Below, one piece after another: positions 18,842 through 27,249 of a stretch of DNA of 64,000 bases. Made by a program: the position numbers and the translations under genes. This DNA is from an uncultured Candidatus Binatia bacterium (lineage in GTDB: Bacteria > Desulfobacterota > Binatia > UBA9968 > CAXXLF01). The notes beneath the pieces are model-generated. The model was given only the letters and a program-made list of their open reading frames with translations, did no database searches and was not told where the DNA came from. Positions within the stretch are counted from its first letter, which is position 1. The number at the start of each line of letters is the position of its first letter. The stretch is from contig OZ244621.1 in assembly GCA_965218425.1 (NCBI GenBank), positions 1,920,001 to 1,984,000 on the forward strand. Direction: 5' to 3'.

Positions 18842-20479
18842 TCAGAAGCGCCCCTCGTTCAGCCGCCACCAAACGTCGGTTCCCTTGAGGGCCGCGTTTC
18901 CTTGCGCCCAATCCCAAGGCGTCTTGCCGTTCTTGTCCCTCGCCTTGATGTCGGCTCCGCCGTCGATCAGCTTGGCAACGACGGCAGGATTTTTGTTGAA
19001 CCCTGCCACCAAGTGCAGAGGCGTCACGCCGCCCTCGCCCCTCGCTTTGATGTCGGCTCCGCCGTCGATCAGCTTGGCGATCATGGCAGGATTTTTGTTG
19101 AACCATGCCGCCCAGTGCAGGGGCGTCTTGCCGTTCTTGTTCCTCGCCTCGATGTCGGCTCCGCCGTCGATCAGCGCGGCGATCATGGCAGGATTTTTTT
19201 TATTGAACCCTACTGCCAGGTGCAGGGGGGTCTCGCCGTTCTTGGTTCTAGCCTTGATGTCGGCTCCGCTGTCGATCAGCGCGGCGACCATGGCAGGATT
19301 TTCGTTAAAACTTGCCGCCGCCAGGTGCAGGGGGGTCTTGCCGTTCTTGTCCCTCGCCTCGATGTCGGCTCCGCCGTCGATCAACGCGGCGATCATGGCT
19401 GGATTTTTGTTGAACCCTACTGCCAGGTGTAGGGGGGTCTTGCCGTACTTGTCCCTCGCCTCGATGTCGGCTCCGCCGTCGATCAGCGCGGCGATCATGG
19501 CAGGATTTTTGTTGAACCATGCCGCCCAGTGCAGGGCCGTGTCGCCGTTCTTGGTTCTAGTCTTGATGTCGGCTCCGCTGCCGATCAGCTTGGCGATCAT
19601 GGCAGGATTTTCGTTGAACCTTGCCGCCAGGTGCAGGGCCGTGTCGCCCTTACTGGTTCTAGCCTTGATGTCGGCTCCGCCGTCGATCAACTTGGCGATC
19701 ATGGCAGGATCTTTGTTGAACCCTGCCGCCAAGTGCAGGGGCGTCTCGCCGTTCTTGGTCCTAGCCTTGATATCGGCTCCGCCGTCGATCAACTTGGCGA
19801 AAACGGCAGGATTTTCGTTGAACCCTGCTGCAAAGTGTAGGGGGGTCTCGCCGTTCTTGGTTCTAGCCTTGATATCGGCTCCGCCGTCGATCAACTTGGC
19901 GAAAACGGCAGGATTTTCGTTGAACCCTGCCGCCACGTGCAGGGGCGTCTCGCCGTTCTTGGTTCTAGCCTTGATGTCGGCTCCGCTGCCGATCAACTTG
20001 GCGATCATGGCTGGATTTTTGTTGAACCCTGTTGCAAAGTGCAGGGGGGTCTCGCCGTTCTTGTCCCTCGCCTCGATGTCGGCTCCGCCGTCGATCAGCG
20101 CGGCGATCATGGCAGGATTTTTTTTATTGAACCCTGCCGCCAGGTGCAGGGCCGTGTCGCCCTTACTGGTTCTAGCCTTGATGTCGGCTCCGCTGCCAAT
20201 CAGTGTGGCGACGACGGCGGGATTGTCGTTGTCCCTTGCCGCAAAGTGCAGGGGCGTCCAGCTGTACTGGTCCCTCGCTTCGATGTCGGCTCCGGATGCC
20301 AGACAATCCCTGACCGTCATGGGCGTCGCCGTCTTGAAGAACTCCTCCGTGTTCCAGTCCCCGCAATCCGCCGCAATGGACGAACGGCCCCATGCGCCGA
20401 GGGCGAGGAACAAGACGCCAACAACCACCAGCCCGCCAAACCGGGCCGTCACATTGTCGGTGATTCGGTGTAATTCCAT
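18842..20479 (-). CDS. Exported ankyrin-repeat protein (13 complete repeats)
   Basis: Hydrophobic N-terminus; 13 x T(P/A)LH..A..N.NPA....LI..GADI.AR; ~102-105 bp DNA repeats. Confidence 0.95.
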   Translation of the reverse strand: MELHRITDNVTARFGGLVVVGVLFLALGAWGRSSIAADCGDWNTEEFFKTATPMTVRDCLASGADIEARDQYSWTPLHFAARDNDNPAVVATLIGSGADIKARTSKGDTALHLAAGFNKKNPAMIAALIDGGADIEARDKNGETPLHFATGFNKNPAMIAKLIGSGADIKARTKNGETPLHVAAGFNENPAVFAKLIDGGADIKARTKNGETPLHFAAGFNENPAVFAKLIDGGADIKARTKNGETPLHLAAGFNKDPAMIAKLIDGGADIKARTSKGDTALHLAARFNENPAMIAKLIGSGADIKTRTKNGDTALHWAAWFNKNPAMIAALIDGGADIEARDKYGKTPLHLAVGFNKNPAMIAALIDGGADIEARDKNGKTPLHLAAASFNENPAMVAALIDSGADIKARTKNGETPLHLAVGFNKKNPAMIAALIDGGADIEARNKNGKTPLHWAAWFNKNPAMIAKLIDGGADIKARGEGGVTPLHLVAGFNKNPAVVAKLIDGGADIKARDKNGKTPWDWAQGNAALKGTDVWWRLNEGRF

Positions 20480-20750
20480 CACTCTAACTCCCATAACTTT
20501 GCGAGCGCATCTCTTTGCCCGGCCGCGCGCCGATAGCCGTAACGTGCGTGGGACAACGGGACAAGCCATGACCGGATGACCCCGGGTGAGCATTACCATA
20601 TTTTTGAGAAGGTCTGCTAAACAAAAGGCGCGAAAGATGGAGGCGGGGCGCAATCCCCGTCAGGCTTGCTGACAGCGTCCTTGTCCCGTCACTCTTGTTC
20701 AAGATGTCGGCCGCGATGCTGTCGGCGGTCCGTGCCCCCGATGTCTATCC

Positions 20751-21289
20751 CTAAGCGAAATTGCAATTCTTCCTGCCGGCCATTTTTTCCGAAGTCGTCA
20801 TTCCAAAAACACATTCCCTGATGAATTCACCATCTCCGGAGCGGCCATACACCACGTCGCCATTCTCGTCATAGATGGTCTGGGTGATCGACACGACTTC
20901 GCCCCGATGGTGCTGAACGATGAGCACCTGCTCGTTCCCCAACTCCCCGACAAAAACATCGGTGAGGTATCTCTCCGTGCTCGTGCTCACGACGGGGACG
21001 GCGGCGTCTGCCAGGAAACTGACCTTTACGGTGTTGTCCCGATTCACCGTTACGGAACAGCTTTCCCCCGTCGTTTCAAAATCCACCATGAGTCTTTGCA
21101 TGAAGCCCCTCGCGGGTATGTGGACGCAACCATGGCGTGTTTCCGCCTTTAATTTTTCCTGGCTTCGAGGCGGGTGCAATAGAAGCTGCTTCACATAGCT
21201 TTTGGTCAAGGGCTGCTCGGCGGCGCTATTGCAGATTATTGCAAAGAGAAAAAAAGTGTAGAAATCAAAACAAATTTCATCTTTTTCAT
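20751..21289 (-). pseudogene. Exported hypothetical protein frameshifted in a T7 tract
   Basis: ATG at 21289 gives MKKMKFVLISTLFFSLQ*; one extra T at 21249-21255 fuses it to the downstream frame as MKKMKFVLISTLFFLFAIICNSAAEQP. Confidence 0.65.
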
Positions 21290-21393
21290 TCAACGCCCCT
21301 CATATGATATGGCAATCCACGTCACCATGTCATCGCAACGCCTGAAAATGGGCCGAAACGACTGTGCCCGGCTCCCTCACCCAAACCGTGGTT

Positions 21394-21715
21394 GGTGTCA
21401 GGTAACATGAAAAAGGGGTCAAGCCCCGGCAGGGTGGCGGTTGTAGAGGCCATCAAACATGAAAGGAAAAGACCCCATGCTTTAAGTCGGGATAGACTAT
21501 CACAGACGATACGTCCGGCTAAATGCCATCGACGGGAAAGGGAACCCCCGGGCTCACACTCGACTTTCCGACGACTTGAGTACGGTGGAGGACTTTTTCC
21601 GGTCCCTGAACGAGCCATGCAAAGCGGAAATGGGCCGGAAACCGGCCGGATTTTCCGGGGCGTTCAGGGCTCGGAAACTGAGCCTGAAAGGGCCTTTAAA
21701 TCGGGACGGGCAGCG
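21394..21715 (+). repeat. Island repeat copy G (end + leader + IS110 stub) plus module Y
   Basis: GGTGTCAGGTAACATGAAAAAGGGGTCAAG...GACCCCATG; 21655-21715 is the reverse complement of 2565-2615 and 15386-15420. Confidence 0.9.
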
Positions 21716-22043
21716 TCGATACGTTGCCGTTGTATCCGTATCGATCCTTAGACTTGCTGGTACACAAAATCACAATCCGCCGTCGGTGCCGCTGTTCGCA
21801 ACATGTGGTCCGCGCGAATTCGTTTCTCCGGATTGATCCCCGTGTAGAACAGCGCAGGCTGAGGAGGCGGATGATGACCCGTCATGGCTTTGCTCCCTGA
21901 ACACAGATAAAGCTCGGAGCATTATATCCATAGGACTTGCTTGACGCGCTAAAGATATCGATTCGGGCAGCAGCCAGTTTTGTTGACGAATAGTTTCGGA
22001 CGGAAAAAAACTCCGAAGAAACTCTATTCGTCCACCGGCATTT

Positions 22044-23123
22044 TCATACGGTGCACCACTCGACCATACTCTTCATGCGGCACTGGGCTCCGCCGGCGGC
22101 CAGGTCTTTCTCAAACATACGATGGATATCCCGGGCTTCATCCTCATACTCAATCTGTTGCCCCCCCTCTTCCTTCACGTCCTTACTTGTTTCCTTGGGA
22201 AATATAGCCGAGCTGATATAGTACTTGGTACCGGAATGCTTCAGGGCCATGTAGCGGACCGGCGTTGGCCCCGTATTGAAGTGCTGGTGGAACCACATCT
22301 GCGGGGGCACAAACATGCTCCCCGCCTGCCAGTCGACGCGGATCTTCTCCTTCCCCTCGGACCAGAACAGACTGAAGCCATGGCCGCTCAGTATGATCAC
22401 GTGGGCGCCGGGACCGTGCCGGTGAGCCTTTTTGTAGGTGCCCACGGGAAACTCGGATATAAAAGCGTCCATGAGATTATCCGCCAGTTCGAAGCCGGTG
22501 TGGGTCCCCCCGGCGCCCCGGCGCTCCGCGCCCGTGCACATCTGAAATTGCCTGACATCGGCAATGAAATTACTCTCCCAGTGTCCTTCCCACAGCCAAT
22601 CTCCCTTTCCGTTAAAATAGCCTTCCTGGCCCTGATAGCGGTCGGAAAAAACGTACGGGTTGCTGTAAACAAAATTCTTGCTGTGGAATAGATTCATGAC
22701 CAGCGGCGCATTCGTCACCGCCATGAATCGAGCCGGTTTGTCTCCTTGACCGTTGAAGTGCTGGTGGGAGGCATTCAACGGTATGGCAAACAGGCTGCCC
22801 TCCTGCCATTCGAAAGTCTGCTTGGCCCCGCTTTCAGACCACACGGAGGTGGCTCCCCGCCCCTGGAGCACGAAAACAAGCTCTTCAAAGAGGTGCCGGT
22901 CGGGCTGAAGACTTTCCCCGGGAGGGATCTCACTGACATAGGCATCGTCGCAGTCTCCCGTCCCTTCAAGGTTGATGTAGGCGCCCGACCCGCCGCGCCG
23001 CTTCCAGGGGCCCAGTTCTACGCTGTTCAAATCTTTGACATTTAACCCGCCATAGACCGGGAGCCCTTCCTCAGCCTGCCAGTCCCGGTAAGTATTGATC
23101 CGCGTTTTGTTATCGACTGCCAT
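22044..23123 (-). CDS. Bicupin domain protein (gentisate 1,2-dioxygenase-like fold)
   Basis: RBS AAGGAAGGAG; RHLFEELVFVLQGRG, HQHFN, KAHRHGPGAHVIILSGHG, WFHQHFN. Confidence 0.88.
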   Translation of the reverse strand: MAVDNKTRINTYRDWQAEEGLPVYGGLNVKDLNSVELGPWKRRGGSGAYINLEGTGDCDDAYVSEIPPGESLQPDRHLFEELVFVLQGRGATSVWSESGAKQTFEWQEGSLFAIPLNASHQHFNGQGDKPARFMAVTNAPLVMNLFHSKNFVYSNPYVFSDRYQGQEGYFNGKGDWLWEGHWESNFIADVRQFQMCTGAERRGAGGTHTGFELADNLMDAFISEFPVGTYKKAHRHGPGAHVIILSGHGFSLFWSEGKEKIRVDWQAGSMFVPPQMWFHQHFNTGPTPVRYMALKHSGTKYYISSAIFPKETSKDVKEEGGQQIEYEDEARDIHRMFEKDLAAGGAQCRMKSMVEWCTV

Positions 23124-23240
23124 CGTCAACTCCTTCCTTAGATGAGAAGCCGGGATTAAATCCCGGGCTTGCCACGCTTCCCGTTTGCCCGCTCCGACGT
23201 GGTTGTCAAAATACTCGAGTTTGAAGCCGGGCTCGGCTTT

Positions 23241-23428
23241 GCCTTCTTGCCATTCCGGGTACCCTTCCCTTTCGGATTCCGGCTTGTATTGTACCAGTTC
23301 TCCTTTGGAATGTCCTGTCCACATGGACGCGGTCCACCAAGGCATGGGGTCTTCTCCTTTCAGGTTTGATGGCCGCTACAACCGCCGTCCTGCTGGAGCT
23401 TGACCCCTTTTTCATGTTACCTGACCCC
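23241..23428 (-). repeat. Island repeat copy H (full)
   Basis: Ends TTTTCATGTTACCTGACCCC at 23428; near-identical to copy I. Confidence 0.93.
23288..23316 (-). promoter_or_regulatory. Putative sigma70 promoter inside repeat H, facing the cupin gene
   Basis: AGGACA-17 bp-TACAAT with TGn extension (copy I has TGGTATAAT). Confidence 0.55.
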
Positions 23429-23432
23429 CGCC

Positions 23433-23711
23433 CGGAGAGAGCCTACCGCATTCACGAAAGGTATGGTCCAGGGTAAGCGAGTGAGACTGGAGTATGACCA
23501 AGCTAACGCCCACATCGAACACAAAGACAGGTTAAGTAGGACCCTCGCCTATGTATTCCTAGGAGATGGCGCGTTCCTCCATGCAGAGATCATCAAGCAG
23601 GGGTATGGGTTTGCGTATACCCGGTTTCCGTTTAAGTACCTGGACGAGTTCAGGCGCTACGAACGAGAGGCGAGAGAGCAGCGTAGAGGGCTTTGGGGGG
23701 AGAGTAGGTAG
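23433..23711 (+). pseudogene. 5'-truncated thermonuclease (SNase) family gene
   Basis: AFTKGMVQGKRVRLEYD...KDRLSRTLAYVFL.DG.FL.AEIIKQGYG...EREAREQRRGLW; the N-terminal half is missing and the fragment begins at the repeat end. Confidence 0.82.
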
Positions 23712-24098
23712 CCACTGATCCTCAACAGTCCCAACTGTGTCACTTTCTTGTGTAGATCTGCTCCTGCAAAGTTCTCCATTGGATGATCTCCTTTCCTGCT
23801 ACTGGACTTGTCGTGTACAATACGACAAAACCTCGACCGAGGACCATTCCGTTTATGGGATCAATTAATGCGTCGATTAATTGCATCTTGTAATGATTGA
23901 CAACCTTTTCCCATGTGATAATGGTACCTTAGTAATAAGACAATAAGAGTCACCTCCAGCATTGAGAAGGTTTCTAGTGCAAGTGAGCCTCAACCAAAGA
24001 AGTGGGCTGACCAGTGGCTCTTTCGGGAATTCTTGGGTTCGTGTTGACCGCTCCTCAAATGCAGATTCCTATCATTTTCAAGCACGGAGGGACCTATC

Positions 24099-24671
24099 AT
24101 GGCTACATTCTCAATTCATCCGGACGTCGACAATGGCCTGAAGCCTGCCGGCCCCGACTTCGCCGGGGGCACTCTCAACTGTCATTGCTCCAGTGACAAG
24201 GTATCCGTCTCGATATCCGCGCAATGTGCCCACAACCATGTGTGCGGCTGCACCAAGTGCTGGAAACCGGAGGGCGCCCTGTTCTCGCAGATCTCCGTCG
24301 TCCCGCGCGAGAGCCTCAGTGTGACGGCCAACGAGGACAAGCTCCAGATCGTAGACAAGAACGTCGCCATTCACCGATATGCATGCAAGGGTTGCGGCGT
24401 GCACATGTATGGGCGCATCGAGAACAAGGACCACCCGCTCTACGGCCTCGATTTCATTCACACGGAGCTATCCGACGACGAAGGCTGGGCGCCGGCCGAG
24501 TTCGCCGCCTTCGTGTCGTCCATCATCGAGTCGGGCACCAACCCGAACGACATGGACGCCATACGCGCCAGGATCAGGGAACTCGGCCTCGAGCCGTACG
24601 ACTGCCTCTCGCCGCCGATCATGGATCTAATCGCGACTCACACCGCCAAGGCGTCGGGCTTGCTAAGCTGA
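24099..24671 (+). CDS. gfa: Glutathione-dependent formaldehyde-activating enzyme (S-(hydroxymethyl)glutathione synthase)
   Basis: [56 protein letters not shown]. Confidence 0.95.
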   Translation: MATFSIHPDVDNGLKPAGPDFAGGTLNCHCSSDKVSVSISAQCAHNHVCGCTKCWKPEGALFSQISVVPRESLSVTANEDKLQIVDKNVAIHRYACKGCGVHMYGRIENKDHPLYGLDFIHTELSDDEGWAPAEFAAFVSSIIESGTNPNDMDAIRARIRELGLEPYDCLSPPIMDLIATHTAKASGLLS

Positions 24672-24743
24672 CGGATGAAGGTCAGGACCCATCCCTGAGT
24701 TGCCAATCACCAAAGGGGCTCAAGTGCCCCTCCACCCGATTCT

Positions 24744-24869
24744 AAGGAGTTAAAGAGGCGCTGGTCTTACTTTATCCGTATGGTGTACGAAACAGATCCT
24801 CTTATCTGTCCCATGCGTCACGGGGAGATGCGGATTATCAGCTTTATTGGCCAGCCCGAAGTCATTATT
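24744..24869 (+). pseudogene. IS91/ISCR-like (Y2) transposase C-terminal remnant
   Basis: RRWSYFIRMVYETDPLICPMRHGEMRIISFIGQPEVI resembles the W..LI.KVYE.DPL.CP.C.GEMRII.FI motif. Confidence 0.72.
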
Positions 24870-24967
24870 CACGCCAAATGCGCTTAATTAGCTCTTTAAA
24901 TTAATCCTGGCGGTCCAACCCTAAGCAAACCCAGGCCCAGAGCGGCTTTGAGGGTTGTGTCAGACTT

Positions 24968-25155
24968 GCCTTCTTGCTGTTCCAGGTTTCCTTCCCTTTC
25001 GGATTCCGGCTTGTATTATACCAGTTCTCTCTTGGAATGTCCTGTCCACTTGGGCGCGGTCCACCAAGGCATGGGGTCTTCTCCTTTCAGGTTTGATGGC
25101 CGCTACAACCGCCGTCCTGCTGGAGCTTGACCCCTTTTTCATGTTGCCTGACCCC
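24968..25155 (-). repeat. Island repeat copy I (full)
   Basis: Ends TTTTCATGTTGCCTGACCCC at 25155. Confidence 0.93.
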
Positions 25156-25636
25156 GGCCATTCCCTGCGGATGCGATCAATTCCGATCTGAACCGAGACT
25201 CTCACGCCGTGGGTAAACTTTCCGTATCGGGGCGAAGAAGATTATTGAGACAGGCAGACGGATGCGTGTAGCGCCCGTCTTATTATCACGTTTAATTGTC
25301 ACGCCGGCGGCGAAGCCGCTCGAACCTGATCCTACCCGACCGCATCTTCCACGAGCCTCGGCATCGTGCGCAGCAGCGTCGCCGGCTCCAGGCGTTCGGT
25401 GACCGCCTTGGCCGTGTAGCGCCTATGCTTGAGCGAAGCAGTGCATGGGCATTCTACTTTGTATAGGGTTATTCCTCCAAATTCGCGTACTTCCCCTCTT
25501 CTCCCCCCCAGGGCTTTGAAGGTCTGATTGTCCATCATGGCGTTATGTGCTGACCAACTATGCAGGTGTGCTCCCTCGGATCAATCGCGATACATCATAT
25601 TCCATGACCGTTTCCCCATGCTGGTTTCGAACCCGC

Positions 25637-25766
25637 TGACGATAGCGCAGAACATCGAGCTGTTGATTGATCGTGCACGGCCAAAGCCCGGAGGGGTTAT
25701 GGCTGCGGCAACGAACGCGGTTACGGCCTTGCGGCAAGCGGTGGGGGCTTGAGGGAACAAACACGA
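25637..25766 (+). repeat. Module Z, second copy
   Basis: Direct repeat of 18566-18697 (GATAGCGCA.AACATCGAGC...GGTTATGGCTGCGGCAACGAAC...GTGGGGG.TTGAG). Confidence 0.85.
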
Positions 25767-26143
25767 AACTGAAGGCGATGGTCGAAGCCTAATTCGCCGA
25801 TCTGGGGTGGGCGCGCGCGAAGCGCGACCGCAGCCTCGGAAAGGGGAAATCGAAACTGTTCGACCGGGCGCGTTCGGGGCCGGTCTAGGCGCGCCTGAGC
25901 ATCGGCATAGAGCGTTCGTCGGCGCGGAATTCGGAGCGCGGGCAGAAGGCGAAGGAGGCGCTTGCGCTGCGCCGGTTGCGGCATGCGCGGCGGAATTGCC
26001 GGAAAAAAGCGATGGGGTTGACCGCAGCCGCAAAATCCGGCAAATTAGGCACGTCCGCCACTTGGCTCACGGACCGGGGTTAAACAGCTCGTCTAGCCGG
26101 GAATCATTGGCATGTTGCATCATTACACGCACAGGAGGTGAAA

Positions 26144-27163
26144 ATGAAAAAAGCATATAGCGGACTAGCAGGGATGTTTTTGGGCATGGCGCTACTAGCC
26201 ACTCCCGTCTTGGCCATGGACTGCGGGTCAGTCGCGATGGCGACAATGAACTGGCCTTCGGCCCAACTCATGGCGAATGTCGATAAGATTATTCTTGAGA
26301 AGGGCTATGGTTGCAAGGTTGAGTTGGTTCCGGGAGATACTATGCCGACGTTCACGTCCATGAATGAAAAAGGCCAGCCGGATGTCGCCGGGGAACTTTG
26401 GATCAACGCCGTCCGCGAGCCGCTGGGAAAGGCAATGAAGGAAGGGCGTCTGCATTCCGTATTGAATGGCCCGATTACCCAACTTGGCGAAGGTTGGTGG
26501 GTTCCGCCGTATACACTCGAAAAAAACCCGGAGCTGAAAACCGTTCTGGATATTCTGAAGCGCCCTGATTTGTTTCCGCACCCGGAAGATTCCTCCAAAG
26601 GCGCTTTCTTCGGATGCCCGTCGGGCTGGGGATGCCAGCTTACGAACGCCAATCTGTTCCGCGCTTTCGATATGAAAAAGAAGGGATGGATACTGGTCGA
26701 TCCGGGCTCCGCAGCCGGTCTTGACGCAGCAATGGCAAAGGCCGTCGAACGCGGTAAAAACTGGTTCGGCTACTATTGGTCGCCAACAGTGATGATAGGC
26801 AAATACAACATGCAACTGGTGCCTTTCGGAGTTGAGTTCGTCGGATCTGAACACTGGGACGGCTGCATCGTAAAACCGGAACAGGAATGCGCTAAACCGA
26901 AGCCCTCTTCCTGGACGAAATCGGAAGTTCATACCGTCATTACCGATGCCTTAATGAAAAGAGGCGGCGGTGCCGTTGACTACCTGTCGAAACGAATCTT
27001 TCCCGGGCCGGTCATGAATGCAATGTTGGTCTACATGGGAAAGGAGCAGGCTAGCGGGGCCGATGCCGCCGTTCAGTTCTTGACCAAGCACGGGGACATC
27101 TGGACGGGATGGGTTTCAAAGGAAGTTGCCGAAAAAGTGAAGGCGACGCTTAAAAAAACTTGA
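26144..27163 (+). CDS. proX: Glycine betaine/proline ABC transporter substrate-binding protein
   Basis: Signal peptide; MNWPSA, GYGCKVELVPG, EGWWVP, GCPSGWGC, GYYWSP. Confidence 0.88.
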   Translation: MKKAYSGLAGMFLGMALLATPVLAMDCGSVAMATMNWPSAQLMANVDKIILEKGYGCKVELVPGDTMPTFTSMNEKGQPDVAGELWINAVREPLGKAMKEGRLHSVLNGPITQLGEGWWVPPYTLEKNPELKTVLDILKRPDLFPHPEDSSKGAFFGCPSGWGCQLTNANLFRAFDMKKKGWILVDPGSAAGLDAAMAKAVERGKNWFGYYWSPTVMIGKYNMQLVPFGVEFVGSEHWDGCIVKPEQECAKPKPSSWTKSEVHTVITDALMKRGGGAVDYLSKRIFPGPVMNAMLVYMGKEQASGADAAVQFLTKHGDIWTGWVSKEVAEKVKATLKKT

Positions 27164-27175
27164 ACTGATTTTCCT

Positions 27176-27212
27176 TGCCTGCCGACCGTGAGAGTCGGCA
27201 GGCATTTTTTTT
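27176..27212 (+). terminator. Intrinsic terminator/attenuator hairpin after proX
   Basis: TGCCTGCCGAC-CGTGAGA-GTCGGCAGGCA followed by T8. Confidence 0.85.
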
Positions 27213-27249
27213 AGGCATCCGCAATCACAAATATTTCCGGAGTTGACTC

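Noticed and set aside
18842..20479. Diversity-generating retroelement explanation for ankyrin variation
   Set aside because: No reverse transcriptase or template repeat in the window; variation is not adenine-specific by eye.
18714..20579. 621-aa repetitive ORF antisense to the ankyrin gene
   Set aside because: Stop-free by-product of the tandem repeats; starts in linker DNA.
23897..23922. TTGACA...GATAAT promoter upstream of gfa
   Set aside because: Spacer is only 14 bp.
9312..25155. CRISPR, TIGR or attC interpretation of the island repeats
   Set aside because: Units are 100-300 bp, kilobases apart and in mixed orientation; no cas, tas or intI gene; no consistent RYYYAAC/GTTRRRY boxes seen.
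9200..25205. Recurrent small ORFs (e.g. 9200-9496, 12459-12785, 23185-23403, 24948-25130, 21322-21618)
   Set aside because: Translations of the repeat in different frames; frame is not conserved between copies.
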